This document shows positions 49,964 through 60,252 of a stretch of DNA of 64,000 nt, piece after piece. Numbering within the stretch: position 1 is the first letter of the stretch; every line of letters starts with the position of its first letter. The DNA is from Nitrosopumilus sp. (lineage in GTDB: Archaea; Thermoproteota; Nitrososphaeria; Nitrososphaerales; Nitrosopumilaceae), in contig OZ252243.1 in NCBI GenBank assembly GCA_965249555.1, forward strand, positions 736,001 to 800,000, written 5' to 3'. The notes under the pieces are model-generated. The model worked only from the letters and a program-made list of their open reading frames with translations. It made no database searches and was not told the DNA's origin. The position numbers and the translations under genes are program-made.

Positions 49964-51703
49964 ATGTTACACAGTCAACATTTTATCTATACTACTGCAT
50001 CATTAAAAGACAAATCGGGATATCAGATAGTTGCTCAAAGCAAGAATATCTCCCCACAATTATTATCTAAACTCAGTGGAAATTTCTTACCTGTGGGTGT
50101 GGATCCAACTAATATTAAAAAATGTTACATGTTTTTTGTATTTGAAAATGATGTTGTATTTAGCACAATTAAAAATATTGGTGTCGGATTTGATGGCAGA
50201 AATAACACGTTATACAACCATTCGATTATTTTATCCAAAGATGATTTTTTAAAAATACATAATAATCCTAGAGTCATGTCTGAATATTTCATTGATGATT
50301 ATTCTATGCATGGTAACTTAGACCCTCTAATAATTAATGAACAAGATATTAAAAATTATGATTTATCCTTTTTTTCTAATTGGCCAAAAACAATATTGGA
50401 GAATGTCTTTGACGGGATTTTTAATAACAAAAAGATTGCATTATCGGGAATATCTGATGATCAGTTCCTTCTTAATTTAATTTCAATACTACCTAAATCT
50501 TTACGTTTAAAGTCATTTTCCACTGGAATTTCAGATTCTAATAAACAAACCATGTTTGATATTTTTCAAATAAACCCTGATGTAATTTTCAACAAAAATC
50601 ATAATTATGAAATAATCCATGTTTCAAAGCTACGTCCAATCTATACCCATGATGCAGATACCGTTTTTGAACGAAGCATTAAATTTTTTACAGATTTAAT
50701 AAAAAATCAACATGAAAAATCTTTAGAATCTGTGAACATGTTATTTGATGAAATTATTGATGTATCTGATGTTAACAAATTAAAATTGACAACCTATTTT
50801 GAACGTGTAAAGACGATCTCTGACGACTCCACAAAACAACGATTGTCTATAGAAATTTTTACCATGTTGGATAATTTTGAAATTAACACTATTGGTAAAA
50901 TACTTCCAACGATAAAAAATTTTGTGTCTGTTGATGTATATGACAAATATTCACTCCAATTAGAAATTCTACACCTCGTTAAATCTACCATGAATACTGA
51001 TATTGATTTTGCATATGTGTCATCATTATTTCATCGCCTTTCTCATGATAATTCTGAAAATAGATTGTTGTTATTGGATGAGCTTATTAAAACTAGATTT
51101 GATGAAATGAAATCTGTAGGTGATAAACTGTTGTTAGATTCTAAGTATGTATTGTATTATGGGGATGATATTGTTAATAAAATTCTTACTACTCCTTCAC
51201 TACATTCCTGTATTTTTAAATTGTTTGTACCAAGAAACAATTTTCCAAAAATTTACCAACAACCATTTTTTGAATTAATAATTAAAAACTCTCTTACCAT
51301 TGATGCATCTATTACTTTAAAACTTCTTCAAACATCAATTTTTGATTTCAATAACCAATTTGAAAGTAAACATTACAAGGAGATTCTTGGCAATGTATTT
51401 GATCATTTGATTTTATCCAATATGAAATACATGAAAGAAATTCTCAATTTATCTCTCTTCTTATATGAAAAAATATTTACAATTACTAATCACGTTCCGT
51501 CATCTGATACTACTAAATCTAATCTTGAACAATTTATCCAAATTATTAATATTCTTCATAACTATTTTGAAACTCACAAAAAATCTATTCCTAAAAATAT
51601 TCGTTTACATGAAAAAATATCTGCACATTTTGAATCTTTATCAAATTATTTAGATCAGCATCATATTGAACCAGAACCTAGACCTTGGTGGCATTGGTTT
51701 TAG
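49964..51703 (+). CDS. GAP1-N2-like GTPase-associated protein with long helical C-terminus
   Basis: QHFIYT...SGYQIVAQS...DGRNNTLYNHSIIL; LPKSLRLKSFST; 3 bp after the GTPase. Confidence 0.7.
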   Translation: MLHSQHFIYTTASLKDKSGYQIVAQSKNISPQLLSKLSGNFLPVGVDPTNIKKCYMFFVFENDVVFSTIKNIGVGFDGRNNTLYNHSIILSKDDFLKIHNNPRVMSEYFIDDYSMHGNLDPLIINEQDIKNYDLSFFSNWPKTILENVFDGIFNNKKIALSGISDDQFLLNLISILPKSLRLKSFSTGISDSNKQTMFDIFQINPDVIFNKNHNYEIIHVSKLRPIYTHDADTVFERSIKFFTDLIKNQHEKSLESVNMLFDEIIDVSDVNKLKLTTYFERVKTISDDSTKQRLSIEIFTMLDNFEINTIGKILPTIKNFVSVDVYDKYSLQLEILHLVKSTMNTDIDFAYVSSLFHRLSHDNSENRLLLLDELIKTRFDEMKSVGDKLLLDSKYVLYYGDDIVNKILTTPSLHSCIFKLFVPRNNFPKIYQQPFFELIIKNSLTIDASITLKLLQTSIFDFNNQFESKHYKEILGNVFDHLILSNMKYMKEILNLSLFLYEKIFTITNHVPSSDTTKSNLEQFIQIINILHNYFETHKKSIPKNIRLHEKISAHFESLSNYLDQHHIEPEPRPWWHWF

Positions 51704-51902
51704 GATCCAAACTCATTAGATCAATTTCACTTAAAGATTCAAAATATTATGATTGTACAAATCTGTTGAGATTTGGTATTTTCTAAACCTAAATCTTTTT
51801 TGAACATATTTTACAGCAAATATTTGTATGTCCTAAACTATCTAATTCCCTCATAGGGATTCATCATTCTAGTTCAATACCCTAAAAATAAAAAAAGAAA
51901 GA

Positions 51903-52750
51903 TTAGTTATCAGGAACTACAATTCCTCTATCTATCATCTTTAGTGCAGTATCTGCTTTTAGACACATTGCCACACCGTTTGATGCTTTCATTACAAAGC
52001 TGAATCCTTCACGACATTCAACGTCTGCAGCATCAAAGCCGGCAGTCATTTGAGTACGTGGGAAAATCCATGCTAGTTGCATGTCTTTGGCCTTTTCAAT
52101 TAAATCTGCTCCAAGTTCTTGTTTTTCCTCGTCAGCCATATCAGATGCTCTTTCTCGAAGATCAGCTTTGAAGGCTCTCATCTCAGCGATTCTATCATGA
52201 ATCTCTGATTTGCGCTCCTCAGTTGGATTGACTGTTGACATGTATTCTCTGTATTTCATTTTGAGTTCAGACTTTTTTGCATCGGTCCAATCACCATGCT
52301 TTTCTTTGAATTTCATCTTGATTTCATCCATTCTCTCGTCCGTAATGTCATGCTTTTCCATGATCATTGCTTTGAGTCGTGGAGAAATATCAGACATTTT
52401 CATTTTGTCATGTAGTTTGTCTTTTGCGACATCAGACATTCTGTCTTTTGCCATATCTGACATTCCATCAAAGTCATGTTTTTTGTCCATCATTCTGTCT
52501 TTCATGTCGCCTTTGTGATCTCGCTTGTAGTCTTCTCTTTCTTCTGGTGTCATTTCACACCATTTAGAGATTCTATCAAGTTTTGCTACATCAATGATTT
52601 CTAATACACGATCAGATGCTGCCATATCACATAGTCTATCATAATTCATGTGAGGTCGTTTGTCAGACATTTTGTCTTTCATATGATCTTTGATGAAATC
52701 CGTTCTTGCATTGTCATCTAGTGAACAGTATTTGTTCATCTTTTCGACAT
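51903..52750 (-). pseudogene. N-terminally truncated Met/Asp/Lys-rich thaumarchaeal protein
   Basis: C-terminal PRTQM...VECREGF...CLKADTALKMIDRG; no signal peptide; abuts another partial ORF head-to-head. Confidence 0.55.
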
Positions 52751-52761
52751 GATCTGCTGCT

Positions 52762-53046
52762 TTGTCATGTTCAGGTCAAGATGTACTCAAATTTACTGAA
52801 ATAATGTGGCACAAGGCAGCAATGCTAGAGGCCAAAAAAGACCGAATTAAATCAAGACTTGAAGAATCATTTGGACCAGCACTAGACAGAGGTGCAGACG
52901 CAGTAGTTGAAGCAGTTGGTAAAAAAATTAGCTCAGCAGTTCAAAGCGCCAATTCAGAGCAAGAATTGCACAACAAACTATCTTCAATATTAAAAGAAGC
53001 CACAAACCAGATTTTTTTATTCAGTTTTTTTCTTTTTTATTTTTAG
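52762..53046 (+). pseudogene. Degraded helical hypothetical protein
   Basis: No room for a promoter; reads through a poly-T tract (IFLFSFFLFYF). Confidence 0.45.
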
Positions 53047-53076
53047 AATCTTTATGATTAAGATAGTTACATGTTT

Positions 53077-53604
53077 CTAAGTGGTAAGATTCAGTGCCTC
53101 GCCAAAGTAATATCCAGCCAAAATTGTTGCAGCAGACCAAATACATGAACCTGCAAACGTATACAATACGAATTTAGGAATTTTCATTTGTAGTAATCCG
53201 GCCGGAACTGAAATCATCTCTCTCATTACTGGAATCATTCTTCCCAAAAATACTGCCTTGTCTCCATACTTTTCAAACCAAATCTCAACTCGTTCTAATT
53301 TTTTTTCTGATACCTTGACATACTTCAGATAACGAAGTAAAACTACCCGTCCAAGTTTTAATGCAACAAAATAGATTGCAGAGGTTCCAATGGTAGCACC
53401 GATTGCGCCAAGAATGATCATAGGAATTACACCAATCAATGGAATTCCTTGTTGTGACGCCAAGAATCCTGCTGTTGGAAATATTGCCAGAGTGGGAATT
53501 GGCGGAATTATAGTCTCAATTAGAGCAGCTAGGAATATGCCCTCATAGAGATGTCCTCCTAAAAATTCTGTAACCCATGCCAAAAACGAATCAAATGGTT
53601 CCAT
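53077..53604 (-). CDS. DedA-family membrane protein
   Basis: ETIIPPIP, GFLA, FEKYG, FLGRMIPVMR; start set at MEPFDS. Confidence 0.9.
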   Translation of the reverse strand: MEPFDSFLAWVTEFLGGHLYEGIFLAALIETIIPPIPTLAIFPTAGFLASQQGIPLIGVIPMIILGAIGATIGTSAIYFVALKLGRVVLLRYLKYVKVSEKKLERVEIWFEKYGDKAVFLGRMIPVMREMISVPAGLLQMKIPKFVLYTFAGSCIWSAATILAGYYFGEALNLTT

Positions 53605-53677
53605 TTGCTTCTGGCAACGAGATCCCACTAAATTACTTTACGAGTAAAAACTTGCAATGATTAGTCATATTTTGTAC

Positions 53678-53929
53678 CTAAAGATTGAGGATGAAAGTAC
53701 TGTATTAAGACTAGAGAACTTTGAATCTGCTAACTGTCCAGACTTGTTTGTCTACTTGCCAACATACGATAACGCATCAGAGTTCATCAATCCAGGAGGG
53801 CGCTAAAGGCAGACAATGGGAATCAAAATTATGAAATCCCGGATGACACTGATCTTAGCAAATACAAAAGTTTTGATTTGGTATAAATCATTTAGTGTTT
53901 TGTTTGAAAGTGCTGAATTATCTTCCTAA
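53678..53929 (+). pseudogene. DM13-domain pseudogene
   Basis: Broken frames: VLRLENFESANCPDLFVYL / LKADNGNQNYEIPDDTDLSKY / LIWYKSFSVLFESAEL. Confidence 0.8.
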
Positions 53930-53943
53930 TAATTTTTTTTAAA

Positions 53944-54384
53944 ATGGCTCAAAAGGAATTTTTTATATCCAATACCAGTTGTAAACAATCAGTGTTTGTG
54001 TTAACTACTAATTTTCCTGTCTTTTCATTTTCAGAGATTATTCCAAAGAATCTGTTTTCTTTTTCAGGAACAGATGGTGGGGAATCAGCACCAAATCCCA
54101 GATTCAAAATGATACTTTGGTTTATCATTTCAGGCACAAAGGGGGGAATTAACAGAGCAAAAATCCTGAATTTGATAAAGGATACTCCAATGAATGCAAA
54201 CAAGATTGCAACTGTATTGAATTTGGATCATAAAACAATAGTCCATCATGTAAAAATTCTTTCAAAAAATGAACTTGTTGTAAAAGCAGAAAAAGACTAT
54301 GGAGCAGAATATCAATTATCGCAAATCATGAAGGACAATCATATGGTACTCGAGGAGATTATGCAAAAAATTGGAACAAAATAG
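53944..54384 (+). CDS. ArsR-like winged-helix regulator (true start probably about 54070-54110)
   Basis: GTKGGINRAKIL...PMNANKIA..LNLDHKTIVHHVKIL. Confidence 0.8.
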   Translation: MAQKEFFISNTSCKQSVFVLTTNFPVFSFSEIIPKNLFSFSGTDGGESAPNPRFKMILWFIISGTKGGINRAKILNLIKDTPMNANKIATVLNLDHKTIVHHVKILSKNELVVKAEKDYGAEYQLSQIMKDNHMVLEEIMQKIGTK

Positions 54385-54411
54385 ATTAACTATCAAGAGG
54401 TAAGATGCGTC

Positions 54412-54714
54412 ATGGTAGACTTTATGCTGGCTGCAGTAATATCTGCATTTCTTAACATTGGATTACTGTTAGTTACAATTGCAACCTATATTCAAAACAT
54501 GAGAGTTATCAGGTCATACTATACGTCCGGTTTGGTTCTGGTTGCATCCTTACTAATGATCCAAAATATCATGATTGTATTGTTTTGGTCAACACTATAC
54601 ATAGATGATAAGGCCTTGATGATGTCAGCTGATATGGTTTCACAGTACCTGTTTGCAATCAATGTAGTTCAGACAATTGGATTGTCAATTCTTGTCTGGA
54701 TTACCAGAAGATAG
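54412..54714 (+). CDS. Small 3-TM membrane protein
   Basis: Hydrophobic 100-aa ORF following the regulator. Confidence 0.75.
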   Translation: MVDFMLAAVISAFLNIGLLLVTIATYIQNMRVIRSYYTSGLVLVASLLMIQNIMIVLFWSTLYIDDKALMMSADMVSQYLFAINVVQTIGLSILVWITRR

Positions 54715-54784
54715 TCCAAAAAGTTGAACGAAAGCAGAGCAATACCATCTAAATTAATAATCAGAAAGAATTCAAAATGGATAA

Positions 54785-55201
54785 TTGAGTTATAGGTTTT
54801 TAGATCATGCAACTGACGCAATAATTGAGGTTACAGCCAAAGACCTCAAAGAGGCGTTTTCAGTAACGGCTGATGCGGTGATTAATCTAACACTTGATCA
54901 AGACAAAGTAGAGGAAAAAGATCAAAAAGAGTTTTCAGCAAATGGAAAAGACCTAAGATATCTTTTATTTAGTTGGCTTGAAGAGGTTACTTTTGTTCTA
55001 ATTACGCAAGGATTTGCAATAAAGAGAGTAGAATTTGATATTGAGGAAAAAGAGGGCTACAAAATTATTGCCAAAGCATACGGTGAGCCTCTTGATTTGC
55101 ACAAACACAATTTCAAAGTAGAGATAAAGGCACCCACATTTTACGAAATGGAAATTAAGCAAGATGAAGGTGTTTTTATGAAATTTTTACTTGATTTGTG
55201 A
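54785..55201 (+). CDS. Archease
   Basis: YRFLDHATD, EIKAPTFY, LDL C-terminus. Confidence 0.92.
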   Translation: MSYRFLDHATDAIIEVTAKDLKEAFSVTADAVINLTLDQDKVEEKDQKEFSANGKDLRYLLFSWLEEVTFVLITQGFAIKRVEFDIEEKEGYKIIAKAYGEPLDLHKHNFKVEIKAPTFYEMEIKQDEGVFMKFLLDL

Positions 55202-55279
55202 TTTTAGTTAATTATTCTTTGCAAGAAACAAGAAGAAATTATACGTGTTTTTTAAAAATAAACTCTGAAAACCAGTATT

Positions 55280-56749
55280 ATGCGCACAAGACTAGCAACA
55301 ATTGCAGTATTTTCGTTGTTTACACTGATGATGATGCCAGCCTATGCAAGTGTTACATCAATGTCACTTGAAAAGAACTTTTACACCACTAATGAGAGTT
55401 TCAAGTTCATTGGAATCCAAGATGGAAAGAACATAGTCCATATCATAATCCGTGATGCAAGGGGAAATTTTGAGGGAATGCTCTCAGACCCTAAACAGAT
55501 TCAAGGTGAATTTGATGCAATTCCCAAACCAGTATCAGATTACTTCAAAGATAATGGAATCTATAACGCAACGGGATTCACTGGTGATGAAAAAGAAGAA
55601 GACGGATTTACAATAAAACTAGAGTTTGACGGATACAAATTATTTGAAGTTCCGGATGCTGTGTTACAGCTAAATACAATTAACGACAAAACAGTAGAGG
55701 TGGAAAAAACTATTACATTTACAGCTAGTATTACTGATAGCTCAATTGATAATGCAGTGTTTAGTTTACAAAATGATTCTACAGGAGCTACAATAGATCC
55801 AAGTTCTGGACAATTTGTTTGGACTCCATCTAAATCGTATGGAAGTACACAAGACCAACCATATTATTTTGACATCATTGTAACTTATGAAGCACAAGAG
55901 GATAAAGAAAATTTCATAATTACTGTAATGCAAGCATATGTTGAACCAGAAAAACCGGAACCAACACCAGAGCCGGAACCAACACCGGAACCGGAAGAAT
56001 TGGAAATTCCAGCACCATTTGTAGATGAGGCAAAAGATCCGCAAAGTTATGTGGACAGATACAACAGTGAGGCAATCTACAAAAAGTGGTTTGATGATAC
56101 ATATCCAGAATATGATTCAATTTATGAGGCGATAGGACTGGATGGACCCAAAGAATTAGCACCATTTGTTGATCCAAATCTAGACCCCCAATACTATGTT
56201 GATAGATACAATAATGAAATTACATACAAGGATTGGTTTGATAAAACATATCCAGATACTACAATTTACGAAGCAGTAGGAGCAGAAGAACAAGTTGTTG
56301 AAGAACCAGAGTTTGGAGAATGCGGTGAAGGAACAGATCTTGTAAATGGAATGTGTGTTGTTGTTGATAATTCGGAAGGCGGCGGTTGTCTTATTGCAAC
56401 TGCAGCATATGGCTCAGAGATGGCACCACAAGTACAATTACTCAGAGAGATCCGTGATAATCAACTAATGAATACCGATTCTGGAGTGTCATTTATGACA
56501 GGATTCAACGAATTGTATTATTCATTCTCACCACATATAGCTGATATGCAAAGGGAAAACCCAGTATTCCAAGAAGCAGTAAAGATTGGGATAACTCCAT
56601 TGCTATCATCGCTATCAATAATGAAATATGCTGAATCAGACGCTGAAATTCTAGGGTATGGAATTGGCGTTATTTTGATGAATATTGGAATGTATTTTGC
56701 AGCACCAGCAATCATAATTTTTAAGGCTAGAAAATACATCAGAATCTAG
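55280..56749 (+). CDS. Cell-surface protein with Ig-like domain and CFI-box-CTERM anchor
   Basis: Signal peptide; GATIDPSSGQFVWTP; PE linker; GGGCLIATAAYGSEMAPQVQLLREIRD; C-terminal TM. Confidence 0.88.
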   Translation: MRTRLATIAVFSLFTLMMMPAYASVTSMSLEKNFYTTNESFKFIGIQDGKNIVHIIIRDARGNFEGMLSDPKQIQGEFDAIPKPVSDYFKDNGIYNATGFTGDEKEEDGFTIKLEFDGYKLFEVPDAVLQLNTINDKTVEVEKTITFTASITDSSIDNAVFSLQNDSTGATIDPSSGQFVWTPSKSYGSTQDQPYYFDIIVTYEAQEDKENFIITVMQAYVEPEKPEPTPEPEPTPEPEELEIPAPFVDEAKDPQSYVDRYNSEAIYKKWFDDTYPEYDSIYEAIGLDGPKELAPFVDPNLDPQYYVDRYNNEITYKDWFDKTYPDTTIYEAVGAEEQVVEEPEFGECGEGTDLVNGMCVVVDNSEGGGCLIATAAYGSEMAPQVQLLREIRDNQLMNTDSGVSFMTGFNELYYSFSPHIADMQRENPVFQEAVKIGITPLLSSLSIMKYAESDAEILGYGIGVILMNIGMYFAAPAIIIFKARKYIRI

Positions 56750-59500
56750 AGAAATCTTCAGATATTGTAAACCTCAATTGATCAAATGGGTAGTGAAATT
56801 TATTACTTGATTTATTAAATTTGTACTAATGTGACTAGTTACAAATTGGGAAAAAAAATAATTTTTAGTCTTTTATTCGTGCTTTGTATTGCATCTATTC
56901 AGATTGCATATGCTGAACCAGAATTTGCTTTCAAATTTGGCTCATCTGGTACGAATGTTGATGAACTAGATAATCCTACAGATGTGATATTAGATGAGAA
57001 GAGAAAGAAGGTCTATGTAATAGATAACAAGAACAATAGAGTTAGTGTGTTTGAAGATGATGGAGATGATGAATTCATTTATGGATCATTTTGTGACATT
57101 GAATCTATTCAAGACTGTAATAACAATGCAAATGGGGCAAATGATGATGGGGATGGTCAATTCAATGATCTAATTAGTATTGCCAGAGATGCATTAGGAA
57201 AATTTTTTGTTGTAGATGCAGGTAATTCAAGAGTACAGATATTTGATGATGATGGTGAATTCCAATCAAAGTTTGGCTCATCAGATAGTGTTGATGATGA
57301 ATATCTTGGCCTAGCTGTAGGAATTGTAATACAAGAATCATCTAGGGATATTTTTGTTTCAGATGTTGAAAGAGATTCAATATCTGTTTTTGATTCAACA
57401 GGTAGCTTCAAGTTTAAATTTGATTCATTTGATGGAAGCGATAACTTTCAAAATCCAACAAACATGATAATTGATAATTCAGAAGAAATGTTGTTTGTTA
57501 CAGACACAGGAAACGATAGAATCATCATCTTTGAACTAGTTGATGACACAACTTGTCCTAGTGGAACAGTAGAGTCAGTTGATGGCATTTGTTTTGTGAA
57601 AGAATTTGGTTCTGCAGGTGTAGGAAATGGAAAATTTGATGAACCAGCAGGACTTGCGTATGATTCTGTTAATGATTTGTTGTATGTGGCAGATACAAAT
57701 AACGATAGAATTCAGATCTTTGAGATAATTGATGATGATACTTGTCCTAGTGGAACAGAGGAAATAGTTGACGGGGTTTGTTTTGTTGAAGAATTTGGTT
57801 CTTCAGGTGCAGGAAATGGAAAATTTGATGATCCAGTTGGAATAGCACTAGATACAACTAGTGATTTGTTGTTTGTGGCTGATGCGGATAATGATAGAAT
57901 TCAGGTATTTGATCTAAACACGGCGCCACGAGTTCTTACTCCAGATGTGCCTGATAATCTAAAGGCATTTCCAATTTCACCAACGTCAATAGTAATTTCA
58001 TGGAATGAGCCAGAAATGGAAGAGAACGTACCTGCAATTTCAGGATACAAGATAGAATACAAGACTGGTTCAGACGATTACATTACAATCGCTGAAAATA
58101 CAGCAAGTACGGTAACATCATTTATTCATCAGGGACTTAATTCTGGTGAAGTTTATTTTTACCATGTTTATTCAATTAATTCAGAAGGAACAAGCGTTTC
58201 ATCATTGGTGTCAACTAAACCAGAACACACTACAACACCTACATTATTAACTGCAACAGCAATTTCGCCTAGCCAGATAAAACTTTCTTGGTCACCACCA
58301 TCAGAAACTTTTAGACAATCAATTAGTGGTTATGAAATTAAAAGAGAAGTCATTCTAGAAGTTTATGATGTTGTAGGAAATACGAATGCACAAACCACCA
58401 CATACATTGTAAGTGGTTTGGAAACCGATAAGACATACACATATGTAATTAGTGCAAATATTGGATATGGATCAACACAAGAATCAAATTTGCTATCTGT
58501 TACTCCACGAGAGGATTCAGTAGATTCATCAGAAGAACCAATGACATCAACTGAGGTACGAATGACAGTTTCCACACCACCGATAAAATTAACGGCATCA
58601 GTTGTTTCGGCAACTCAAATCAACTTATCATGGAGTCAGCCGGTAAAAGATGGAAATTCATCAGTTACAGGTTACAAAATTGAAGTGAAGAGAGATAGTG
58701 GTTCATACACTACACTAGTTGCAGATACAAAAAGTAGAACTAGGGCATACTCACACACAGATCTCATAACAAATTCAATGTATACCTACAAGATTTCAGC
58801 AATAAACATTGTAGGAGTTAGTGAACCATCAAATGAATTTTCTACTACACCAAAATCATCAAATGTGCAAATCAGCCCCATGGGTAAATTAACAATAGAC
58901 GAAGGAAAATTATTATCTTTCACAGTCAATCTTGTAGATAATTCAGTCAAAGATGTAATATTTAGTTTGGATGAAGATTCACCATCAGGTGCAAACATCA
59001 TATCAAATACAGGCATGTTTTCATGGACACCATCAGGTTCTGATGGTGGAAAAACATACACATTTGATGTGGTAACAAAAAAAGATGAAAACTCAGATAG
59101 GGAGACAATAACTATTACAGTCAATGACGTAATGAATGATTCACAGTCAACAACAGAGCCTGAACCAACAACAGAGCCTGAACCAACATCAGAGCCTGAA
59201 GAGTTAGGAATTGCATCATTTGTAGATGAGTCAAAAGATCCGCAAAGTTATGTGGATAGATACAACAGTGAGGCAAGCTACAAAAAGTGGTTTGATGATA
59301 CATATCCAGAATATGATTCAATTTATGAGGCTGTAGGGCTAGAAGAGCCATTAGAAATTCCAGCACCATTTGTAGATGAGTCAAAAGATCCGCAAAGTTA
59401 TGTGGATAGATACAACAGTGAGGCAAGCTACAAAAAGTGGTTTGATGATACACACCCAGAATATGATTCAATTTATGAGGCTGTAGGACTAGAAGAGCCA
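56003..59500 (+). repeat. Near-identical ~130-150 bp module in three copies (about 56003-56130, 59216-59350, 59355-59500) plus one diverged copy (about 56155-56280)
   Basis: PFVDE.KDPQSYVDRYNSEA.YKKWFDDT.PEYDSIYEA.GL; 150-bp period between the last two copies. Confidence 0.9.
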
Positions 59501-59611
59501 AAAATTAAAGAGAAGAAATTTGGAATATGCGGTCCTGGAACAAAGTTGATTGACGGCGTATGTACAATTATTCAAAAACCAATTGTAAAGCCATGGTGGA
59601 AATTTTGGTAA
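56831..59611 (+). CDS. Secreted NHL-repeat + 3x fibronectin III + Ig-like surface protein
   Basis: Signal peptide; G.F..P.G.A.D..LYVADT.NDRIQ repeats; ISWNEP..GYKIE Fn3 motifs; KPWWKFW C-terminus. Confidence 0.9.
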   Translation: MTSYKLGKKIIFSLLFVLCIASIQIAYAEPEFAFKFGSSGTNVDELDNPTDVILDEKRKKVYVIDNKNNRVSVFEDDGDDEFIYGSFCDIESIQDCNNNANGANDDGDGQFNDLISIARDALGKFFVVDAGNSRVQIFDDDGEFQSKFGSSDSVDDEYLGLAVGIVIQESSRDIFVSDVERDSISVFDSTGSFKFKFDSFDGSDNFQNPTNMIIDNSEEMLFVTDTGNDRIIIFELVDDTTCPSGTVESVDGICFVKEFGSAGVGNGKFDEPAGLAYDSVNDLLYVADTNNDRIQIFEIIDDDTCPSGTEEIVDGVCFVEEFGSSGAGNGKFDDPVGIALDTTSDLLFVADADNDRIQVFDLNTAPRVLTPDVPDNLKAFPISPTSIVISWNEPEMEENVPAISGYKIEYKTGSDDYITIAENTASTVTSFIHQGLNSGEVYFYHVYSINSEGTSVSSLVSTKPEHTTTPTLLTATAISPSQIKLSWSPPSETFRQSISGYEIKREVILEVYDVVGNTNAQTTTYIVSGLETDKTYTYVISANIGYGSTQESNLLSVTPREDSVDSSEEPMTSTEVRMTVSTPPIKLTASVVSATQINLSWSQPVKDGNSSVTGYKIEVKRDSGSYTTLVADTKSRTRAYSHTDLITNSMYTYKISAINIVGVSEPSNEFSTTPKSSNVQISPMGKLTIDEGKLLSFTVNLVDNSVKDVIFSLDEDSPSGANIISNTGMFSWTPSGSDGGKTYTFDVVTKKDENSDRETITITVNDVMNDSQSTTEPEPTTEPEPTSEPEELGIASFVDESKDPQSYVDRYNSEASYKKWFDDTYPEYDSIYEAVGLEEPLEIPAPFVDESKDPQSYVDRYNSEASYKKWFDDTHPEYDSIYEAVGLEEPKIKEKKFGICGPGTKLIDGVCTIIQKPIVKPWWKFW

Positions 59612-59659
59612 AATACATTGAAAGTTAAGTTTTAATCACAATACTTTTTCATCATCATT

Positions 59660-59806
59660 ATGGGAGAATTAGGCAAGAATCTTCGAATTTGTGGTGATTG
59701 CGGTATTGCATATACTTCGACTAGTTATACAAAATACATCGATCAGTGTCCCATATGCAAATCAAGAAGATATGAGAAAATTTCAATAAATACAGAGGAT
59801 AAATAA
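59660..59806 (+). CDS. Small zinc-ribbon protein (48 aa)
   Basis: Hand translation: MGELGKNLRICGDCGIAYTSTSYTKYIDQCPICKSRRYEKISINTEDK. Confidence 0.65.
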   Translation: MGELGKNLRICGDCGIAYTSTSYTKYIDQCPICKSRRYEKISINTEDK

Positions 59807-59850
59807 TTTTTCAACATAGATTTTTTAGTAGAACTGATTTTTCAGACATA

Positions 59851-60252
59851 TTGTCTGATGACCCAGAAATTGAGAAAATAAAGCAGCGAAGACTAGAAGA
59901 GATGCTCAAACAACAAAATCAGCCCAAAATTGAGCCTGGAATCATAGATTTGAATGACTCTAATTTTGACCAAACAGTATCAGCTGAGAATCCAACATTA
60001 GTGGATTTTTGGGCAGAATGGTGTGGCCCATGCAAGATGATGCATCCCGTTTTTGAAAGTCTGTCAAAAACGTATCCAAAAATAAAATTTGCCAGAGTCG
60101 ATGTTGATAACAATCAAAACATTGCAAGAAGATTTGCAGTTCAATCAATTCCTACATTTATCATGTTCAGGTCAGGACAGATTGCAGACAAAATGATGGG
60201 AGCAGTTGGCGCACCTGGAATTCATATGATTTGTAAAAAATATTCAAACTAG
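59851..60252 (+). CDS. trxA: Thioredoxin
   Basis: DFWAEWCGPC, SIPT. Confidence 0.93.
   Translation: MSDDPEIEKIKQRRLEEMLKQQNQPKIEPGIIDLNDSNFDQTVSAENPTLVDFWAEWCGPCKMMHPVFESLSKTYPKIKFARVDVDNNQNIARRFAVQSIPTFIMFRSGQIADKMMGAVGAPGIHMICKKYSN

Noticed and set aside
59210-59500. 150-bp repeats as a DGR template/variable pair
   Set aside because: All copies are coding, differences are few and not adenine-specific, and no reverse transcriptase is present
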